Shown here one piece after another: positions 57,855 through 64,000 of a DNA stretch of 64,000 nucleotides. The translations under genes and the position numbers were made by a program. Source of the DNA: Candidatus Woesearchaeota archaeon (GTDB lineage: Archaea > Nanobdellota > Nanobdellia > Pacearchaeales > GW2011-AR1); contig CAZRUG010000001.1 of NCBI GenBank assembly GCA_964603295.1, positions 53,210-117,209 on the forward strand, read 5' to 3'. The notes below the pieces were generated by a model. It saw only the letters and a program-made list of their open reading frames with translations, was not told where the DNA came from and did not search any database. How positions within the stretch are numbered: the stretch's first letter is position 1; every line of letters begins with the position of its first letter.

Positions 57855-58499
57855 TTATTTTGCTTTTTTAGTTAAATTAAATAATGATTCATATAGTTCT
57901 TCAATATTTTTTCCAAATTTTGCACTGATTCCAACAACTTCATATTCGGGAAATGCAGCCTCTATTTTTTTAATATCTGCTTTCTTTTTATCAATTTTAT
58001 TCGCAACAATTAAAACAGGAATTTTTCTTGCTACTAAGTTTCCAATAATTGTAATATTAACTTGGTTATAAGGATTTTCAGTTGAATCTAAAACAACAAC
58101 AACAAGATCCATATCATCTAACCATTTAATACTTTCAATAACTCCTTGTGTTGCTTCTTTTGCTCTTTCTTTAGCATCTTTTTTCTTTACTTTATATTTT
58201 AAGAATTCTTCATAATCAATTTTTGTAGAAATACCTGGAGTATCAACCATTTTAAACATCATCTTCTTGCCTTTGTATTCAATTTCAACTTTTTCTTTAA
58301 ACTGAACATGTCTTGTCTCATGAGGAACCTTACTTACAGAACCCATTTCCTCCCCAGTAAAATCCTTACAAATTCTATTAGCTAAACTAGTTTTACCTGC
58401 ATTAGGTGGACCGTAAAAACCAAGTTTTACTTCCTTATTATTCTTAAACATTCCCGAGAAGATTCTTGCAAAAAAACCTTTCATTATTTTTATCACCAT
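57855..58499 (-). CDS. Small GTP-binding protein (Era/EngB-like P-loop GTPase)
   Basis: 214 aa; G1 GPPNAGKTS, G3 DTPG, G4 NKID. Confidence 0.6.
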   Translation of the reverse strand: MVIKIMKGFFARIFSGMFKNNKEVKLGFYGPPNAGKTSLANRICKDFTGEEMGSVSKVPHETRHVQFKEKVEIEYKGKKMMFKMVDTPGISTKIDYEEFLKYKVKKKDAKERAKEATQGVIESIKWLDDMDLVVVVLDSTENPYNQVNITIIGNLVARKIPVLIVANKIDKKKADIKKIEAAFPEYEVVGISAKFGKNIEELYESLFNLTKKAK

Positions 58500-58544
58500 A
58501 TTATTCTTTGGGGTTTAGGGTTTATTAAAGTTTTGTGTTTTTAA

Positions 58545-61268
58545 CTATATATTTCCTGCAAATTTTTTGAACTGTGCAGTCCTTGGATTTGGTTGATTTG
58601 GAATTTGGCCTTGTGTGGGTTTTGGTTTAAATTGATTATCTTTTGTTTTTTTAATTAACTTAAATAAATTATCAACTGGAATTAATTCAAACATACCGGT
58701 TCTTTTACCAGCATACTTTCTCATAACATATTGAATTTGTTCTGGATTCCAGCCAGATTTTTTTAATTCAGATTCAATTTTTGAATTTGTCTTCTCTTGT
58801 TTTTTAGCATTTTGAATATAGTGAACTAAATTAAATAAATTATTTTTATTCTTAAATAAATAATCTTCATATTTATGTTTATACCATTGTTGTAAAACAA
58901 CATAACCAACAACACCTGCAATTAATAAAAGAATAATTAATAACCAAAAAACTGCTCCAAGAGAATCATCTTCTTCTGAAACAGAAATATCTTCTGATTG
59001 AGCATTTAAATTATTTAATAAAGGAGAAACAAAGAAATCTAAATCTGCAAAAGAAATATCCTCCTTTACTCCAAGATTTATTTTATTATTTCCTTCGCTT
59101 ATCTCTTTATATTTATAACCAGATTCTTCTTCAAAACTATTTTCTGGATCTAAATAAAGATCTTCATAATTTTGAACAAAAAAATGTGTTTTAGAATTTG
59201 CATTATTTTTTAAATTAATTTCAAATAAACTTATTTTTTGATTTTCTTTTGAATCATATTTTAATATAATTTTTTTATAATTAGAAGAAATATCTGTGTT
59301 TTCAACATTCCAAGCTACAATTGCATTTTTATAACCTTGTAAATTTGAATTAGCAGAATCTCCAGTAACTTCTTCTAAGATTGTAACATGAACATGGTCT
59401 TCTGTAACAGGCAATTCAAGTGATTGTGCTTGTGTTTCAATCTCTAAATTAACTGGAATATCTAATTCAAGAAGTTCTTTCAATAATTCTTTATATTTTT
59501 CATCACTTGAAGCCTGAACAAATTGTCTTTTAATTTCAACAAGTTTATCTGCACTTTCACTTAATTTAATCAATTCCATAATTGCTTTTTTTTCAAAAGA
59601 AGAATAAGATTCTAAATCTTTTTCTAAGCTGTCAATTCTTTTTTCATAATTTAAAAGAGTTTGATTAACTGCATTTTTTGCTGAATCAACAAATACTTCA
59701 AATGTTTCACTTATTTCTTTTCCATCAATAATTGCACTAATTTGAACATCATAATATCCAACATAATCATAAGTATAAAGTATTTCATTAGTATAGGTTT
59801 GTTTTGTAACATTATCCTCTAATTGCCAAGTATATTTTGTAATATTTGAATTATCACTTAGTCCAACTTTAAAATTCGTAGGATATCCTACAAATGTTTT
59901 CAATGGAGTTAAAGATTCAATAACCGGAACTTCACTAATTGTAATGTTTTCTTCAAAGATTTTATTTCCTTTAATATATAATTTATAATCATAATCATCA
60001 TATTTCTTAGGTAAAGTAAAGTTTGCATTATCTAATGAAATTCTTTTAAAATCAAAATCTACTTTTGGTGCTGTTTTTTCTAAGTCATAAAAACTATCTG
60101 TGCTTGAAGGTGCAACTCCAGAAAAAGCATATTCTAGATCTAAATTTTCTAGAGTAATTGTCTGGTCTGCATTTGAAATAAACTTAATTGGTATTGTACA
60201 ACCCTTTGAGCAATCTAATTGATATTGTGAATCAAGATAGATTCTAATCATTTCTTCAAAGTCATTTCCATTTGGAAGTGTGTCAGTAACATATAATGAA
60301 TCCATTGAACCAAACTTTCTTGGCTGTGCAAAAATATAATAAGAACTTATTTCCTCCTGAGAACTACTTGGGTTTCCATAAAAACTACAATCTTCTCCTA
60401 AATCATATCTTGGAATTGAATAAACACCACTTCCAACCTTAGATAAACATAGATAATATTCTTGTTTTTCTACAATAGAATAATCTAAATTACAAGTATG
60501 CTCTCCACCTGATTCCTGAATTTCTGAAACATTTAAATCACAAAATGCTCCTGGAATATTTTCTCCATTTAATTTAACTAATTCAAAAGTAATTTTATCT
60601 CCAACCTCAGAAGATTCTTTTTCAATATATGCACCTGCTTTTATCCCAGGAGATTTTATTAACTCAATTCTTTGGCAAATTGGTGTTTCTCCTAATCTTG
60701 AATTTGGTAATGAAGAACTAAATTCATCTATATCAAAACAACCATAGTTTTTATTAAAACAAGTTGAATCAAGAGCATTATCATTTACAAAGTCAACAAC
60801 ACCATCATCAAAAAAGTCAATTTCTAATTGATTAAAGCAATTTGGAGTTACATCACTTGAGATATTCATGCTATTAAATACAACACTATCTAAATTTCCT
60901 CCACTAATTGAAAAACCTATAACCTTTTCTTCTCCATCATTTAAATTAAATATTTTTTCTGTTTCTCCATTTCCAATTACTGAATAAACATCTTTGCAAT
61001 CTGCAGTAGAACAAATTGGATTTACATCTGAATTAGAATCTGTATCTAATAAATCAATTAAAGTAATTGAGTTACCTAAACTATCATTTAATAAAATATC
61101 TGCAAATTCATTTTCAATACTAATATTAATCCAACCTTTTAGGTTTGCTTCAGGACCATAAGCATTTGTTATGCTATGAGAAGAATTTCCAATAGTTACA
61201 CTTGCACTTAACAAACTTGTTAAGATTATCGCACTTGCTATAAACAATACACTCTTTTTCATTTTCAC
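58545..61268 (-). CDS. Large secreted cell-surface protein with C-terminal membrane anchor
   Basis: 907 aa; N-terminal signal peptide, long Ser/Asn/Asp-rich extracellular region, C-terminal TM (VFWLLIILLLIAGVVGYVVL), then basic tail. Confidence 0.6.
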   Translation of the reverse strand: MKMKKSVLFIASAIILTSLLSASVTIGNSSHSITNAYGPEANLKGWINISIENEFADILLNDSLGNSITLIDLLDTDSNSDVNPICSTADCKDVYSVIGNGETEKIFNLNDGEEKVIGFSISGGNLDSVVFNSMNISSDVTPNCFNQLEIDFFDDGVVDFVNDNALDSTCFNKNYGCFDIDEFSSSLPNSRLGETPICQRIELIKSPGIKAGAYIEKESSEVGDKITFELVKLNGENIPGAFCDLNVSEIQESGGEHTCNLDYSIVEKQEYYLCLSKVGSGVYSIPRYDLGEDCSFYGNPSSSQEEISSYYIFAQPRKFGSMDSLYVTDTLPNGNDFEEMIRIYLDSQYQLDCSKGCTIPIKFISNADQTITLENLDLEYAFSGVAPSSTDSFYDLEKTAPKVDFDFKRISLDNANFTLPKKYDDYDYKLYIKGNKIFEENITISEVPVIESLTPLKTFVGYPTNFKVGLSDNSNITKYTWQLEDNVTKQTYTNEILYTYDYVGYYDVQISAIIDGKEISETFEVFVDSAKNAVNQTLLNYEKRIDSLEKDLESYSSFEKKAIMELIKLSESADKLVEIKRQFVQASSDEKYKELLKELLELDIPVNLEIETQAQSLELPVTEDHVHVTILEEVTGDSANSNLQGYKNAIVAWNVENTDISSNYKKIILKYDSKENQKISLFEINLKNNANSKTHFFVQNYEDLYLDPENSFEEESGYKYKEISEGNNKINLGVKEDISFADLDFFVSPLLNNLNAQSEDISVSEEDDSLGAVFWLLIILLLIAGVVGYVVLQQWYKHKYEDYLFKNKNNLFNLVHYIQNAKKQEKTNSKIESELKKSGWNPEQIQYVMRKYAGKRTGMFELIPVDNLFKLIKKTKDNQFKPKPTQGQIPNQPNPRTAQFKKFAGNI

Positions 61269-62833
61269 CTTTTCTTAAAAATTAAAAATAAATAAATAAA
61301 AGTAATTAAAGAAAGTGTAACTATAATATTCATACTTGTGAAAAAAGGAAGTCTAACATGATTTGAACATGCTCTTGTAATTTCTCCACTATCAGCAACA
61401 CATTCTTCATAAGCATTATTTGGATCATATCTATAAATTCCATCTGAAGTTTCTTTATAATCCTCCTCATTTAAGGAATCACCTGTAAATTCATTTTCAC
61501 CATCCCATTCAAAATTACCTTCCCAAGTAAAAGTTAAAAATCCATCATCACAACTATCATCTGTTTTTTGATCAATTAAACAAGTCCCAATCTTAGAAGG
61601 TATCTTGGTTCCAGAATTAATTGTATTCTCTTCTGTTGCACCATAACACTTTTCAGAAGTTTCATTCCATTTACATAAACAACTTGTTTCTACATTTCCA
61701 TCTATTTTTCCACAAACAGAATCATCCTCAACACTTAGAGTAGATTTATCACATTCATCTTTGATACATGAATCTTCATCAACATAGTCTTTACAAAAAC
61801 TTATTGATTCTAATACACAATAATCTTCATTAACCTCTAAGATGATGTTCTGACTTTTTTCACCATCATATTCAAAATAAATCTCATAAGGACTTTCATA
61901 ATCTTCAAAATCCTCTTGAGCAACTTCCCAGATTACTTCTGCATTTCCTTCTGCATCAACTTCTGTGCTAATGGTCTTTATTAAATCATCTCCACTAACA
62001 ATGCTATCATCATAAATCATAATCTCTAAATTAATTGTATCTCCTTCTGAAACTCCTGCTGTATTTTGAACTTCTAAACTCAAATTAAAATTATCAAAAT
62101 CTAAAATTGTTATTTTTTTATCTACTTCATAAGGAATTCCTTTAGAATTTGCCCAAAATAAATTTAATGTATCTGCAGAAGCACAAGTTCCATCTTGGCA
62201 TAATCCTGAAACACAGTCATTATTTGAATCACAATCATCATCTTCTTGCCCGTCTGTCCTAACACAAGTATTATCATCTACATTACAAACTAATCCTTCG
62301 CCACAAGTTCCATCATCATTACAAGCAATTGCTTCTGCCCCAGTTATACAACAAATTTTATTTGTATAAAAATCAGAAGAACAATTTGCTAAATGAGCAT
62401 TTGTTTCTCCAGATAAAGTCACAACACATTGTTCTCCATCAGCACAATTTCCTTCTGAAACATAACGACAGCTTAAATCCCCATAACAAACATCTGTTGT
62501 GTAAGTAGAACCTGTTGGAGACTCTGCATGGGCATTTGTATCAGAACTTAGCTTTAAAACAATGTTATCTCCTGTGCACTCATGTGGGTTTGTTCCAGAA
62601 TAAGTTGTTCCAAAAATATCTGAATAAAGAATATCTGTTGTATAGCCAGAAGCACCATTATAAACTTCTCCATGAGCATTTATATCAGAACTTAATCTTA
62701 AAATTATATCGTCTTCTGAACCAGCTTCAATTACATTTCCAGTAATCTTTCCAACAAAATCACTCCACAACCCAGCAGAAAGAACACTTAATAATAAAAT
62801 CCCTACAAACAATGAAACACCTATTTTTTTCAT
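61265..62833 (-). CDS. Cys-rich secreted surface protein with LSSDxNAH repeats and C-terminal membrane anchor
   Basis: 522 aa; signal peptide; three repeats of (L)SSD(I/T)NAH...Y(T/S)TD; ~40 Cys; C-terminal TM; 4-bp overlap with the upstream gene. Confidence 0.6.
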   Translation of the reverse strand: MKKIGVSLFVGILLLSVLSAGLWSDFVGKITGNVIEAGSEDDIILRLSSDINAHGEVYNGASGYTTDILYSDIFGTTYSGTNPHECTGDNIVLKLSSDTNAHAESPTGSTYTTDVCYGDLSCRYVSEGNCADGEQCVVTLSGETNAHLANCSSDFYTNKICCITGAEAIACNDDGTCGEGLVCNVDDNTCVRTDGQEDDDCDSNNDCVSGLCQDGTCASADTLNLFWANSKGIPYEVDKKITILDFDNFNLSLEVQNTAGVSEGDTINLEIMIYDDSIVSGDDLIKTISTEVDAEGNAEVIWEVAQEDFEDYESPYEIYFEYDGEKSQNIILEVNEDYCVLESISFCKDYVDEDSCIKDECDKSTLSVEDDSVCGKIDGNVETSCLCKWNETSEKCYGATEENTINSGTKIPSKIGTCLIDQKTDDSCDDGFLTFTWEGNFEWDGENEFTGDSLNEEDYKETSDGIYRYDPNNAYEECVADSGEITRACSNHVRLPFFTSMNIIVTLSLITFIYLFLIFKKR

Positions 62834-62932
62834 AATCTATTTAGAAAATTATCTTTTATAAACATTTTTATACACTTCAAAAACTTTCGAAGTCTTAGTT
62901 TTATTTATAAATACCAATTTCTTAATTAAATT

Positions 62933-63505
62933 ATGGATGAAAAATATTTAATAATTGATTTAGAAAATGAAAAAGCAAAGCATTTAGCTGGAATTCTTGG
63001 AAGCAAGACTTGCAAAAAAATAATTAATATTTTAGCAGAAGAAGAAGCATCTGAAAATGACTTAGCTGAAAAATTAAACATACCAATCAATACTATTGAA
63101 TATAACTTAAAAAAATTAGTTTCTGCAGGAGTTGTTGAAAAATCTTTAAATTGGTTTTGGAGTAAAAAAGGTAAAAAAATTCCAATGTATAAATTATCTA
63201 ATAAATCAATTGTAATTCAACCTGGAAAAAGTGCAAAAGAAAAATTAAAGAAAATTCTTCCAGCCTTTCTTTTATCTGGAGTTGCAACTATCCTTGTAGG
63301 AATTTTAACAAAACCAAAAGAAATTTTGCAAATAGATTATTCTTCTGAACCAATGCTAATGGAGTCCACAAACAAAGCAATGGACTTTGCAGCAGAATCT
63401 TCAACAATTATTTCACCTTCAGAATTTCCAATTTGGGGTTGGTTTTTGGCAGGCTCACTTTTAGCAATTGCAATTTATGCAATCTTAAACTGGAGGAAAT
63501 TATAA
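62933..63505 (+). CDS. ArsR-family HTH regulator with C-terminal transmembrane helices (membrane-tethered)
   Basis: 190 aa; wHTH (ENDLAEKLNIPINTIEYNLKKLVSAGVV), then two hydrophobic helices. Confidence 0.55.
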   Translation: MDEKYLIIDLENEKAKHLAGILGSKTCKKIINILAEEEASENDLAEKLNIPINTIEYNLKKLVSAGVVEKSLNWFWSKKGKKIPMYKLSNKSIVIQPGKSAKEKLKKILPAFLLSGVATILVGILTKPKEILQIDYSSEPMLMESTNKAMDFAAESSTIISPSEFPIWGWFLAGSLLAIAIYAILNWRKL

Positions 63506-63783
63506 TGAAAAAACTAAACAAAATATTTATTGGAATTTTAGTAATTGAATTTCTTTTAGTATTAATCTCAGGAATAATTAGTTATGATTCTTGTGGAAAT
63601 GCTTGTGACAATAAATCTCTATTAAACCCATTTGCAAATCCAAGCGGAGAAATTTGTGCACAAGTTTGTAAAACAACTTTTTCATCAATTACTTATTTAT
63701 CTATTGATTTATTTATTTTAACAATTATTGTTTTCATAGGAATAAATTTCTTGAAAGGAGGTAATAAAAATGAAACAAATTGA
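63505..63783 (+). CDS. Small hypothetical membrane protein (start MKKLNKIF; TAATG overlap with upstream gene)
   Basis: Internal start in ORF 63433-63783; two TM helices; CxxxC pairs. Confidence 0.4.
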   Translation: MKKLNKIFIGILVIEFLLVLISGIISYDSCGNACDNKSLLNPFANPSGEICAQVCKTTFSSITYLSIDLFILTIIVFIGINFLKGGNKNETN

Positions 63784-64000
63784 TAACTCAGTAAAAATAA
63801 CTTTGATAATTGCAAGTGTTGTTTTAATTTTAGGTTTAATGGTTTATTCTTTGTTTGATGCAACAAATACTTCAGATACTTTGAGGTCAAATGGTCAAGT
63901 AACAATTGATGTTTCTCCTGATTTAGTTGTTGTAAACTTCAATATTGAAACAACTGGAGATACAACTCAAGAAGCCAAAGACTCAAACTCAGTAATTGTA
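63770..64000 (+). CDS. Hypothetical membrane/secreted protein, 5' partial (continues beyond window)
   Basis: ATG at 63770 preceded by AGGAGGT RBS; N-terminal hydrophobic ITLIIASVVLILGLMVY. Confidence 0.45.
   Translation, partial: MKQIDNSVKITLIIASVVLILGLMVYSLFDATNTSDTLRSNGQVTIDVSPDLVVVNFNIETTGDTTQEAKDSNSVIV

Overview
Low-GC archaeal chromosomal segment, most likely from a DPANN-type or similarly small-genome archaeon. Supporting this: archaeal exosome genes (Rrp4/41/42), Pop5, Rpp30, aCPSF1, a class-I CCA enzyme, archaeal PheRS alpha/beta, fused KorA, TrmB/Lrp regulators, class-III-signal pilins, tRNAs without encoded CCA, and one intron-containing tRNA. Housekeeping backbone: the conserved pop5-psmA-sdo1-rrp4-rrp41-rrp42 superoperon, RNase J, Mtq2, korAB, mre11/rad50, ADP-forming acetyl-CoA synthetase, pheST, psmB, aCPSF1 and cca. 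Three accessory patches stand out. (1) About 2 kb of small cargo genes (a nucleotidyltransferase-fold protein and two small membrane/secreted proteins) lie between pop5 and psmA. Each is bracketed by duplicated fragments of the neighbouring gene ends (psmA 5' end plus promoter; pop5 3' end). (2) A RelE-like toxin/antitoxin pair plus a GNAT sits between korA and korB. (3) A ~10.85 kb segment (26761-37608) is bounded by a perfect 23-nt direct repeat of the 3' end (T-loop to discriminator plus 2 nt) of an adjacent intron-containing tRNA. This is the signature of an integrated island, though no integrase is present. The island carries hisI, hisG, a bacterial-type PLP-dependent histidine decarboxylase (close to enterobacterial Hdc), a catalytic HisRS and a HisZ-like non-catalytic paralog. 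It also carries an M20 deacylase, a GNAT with a Cys-rich insert, a SAM methyltransferase and several unknown proteins. Together these look like a horizontally acquired histidine/histamine-metabolite module, the most likely novel system in this window. Next to the tRNA, its 5' 15 nt plus upstream leader are tandemly duplicated as 91-bp units (2.5 perfect copies and a degenerate one). Other notable items: an HslV-like Ntn-hydrolase with a C-terminal extension, a presenilin/SPP-like protease, a pilin-plus-ATPase locus, and two giant Cys-rich surface proteins.
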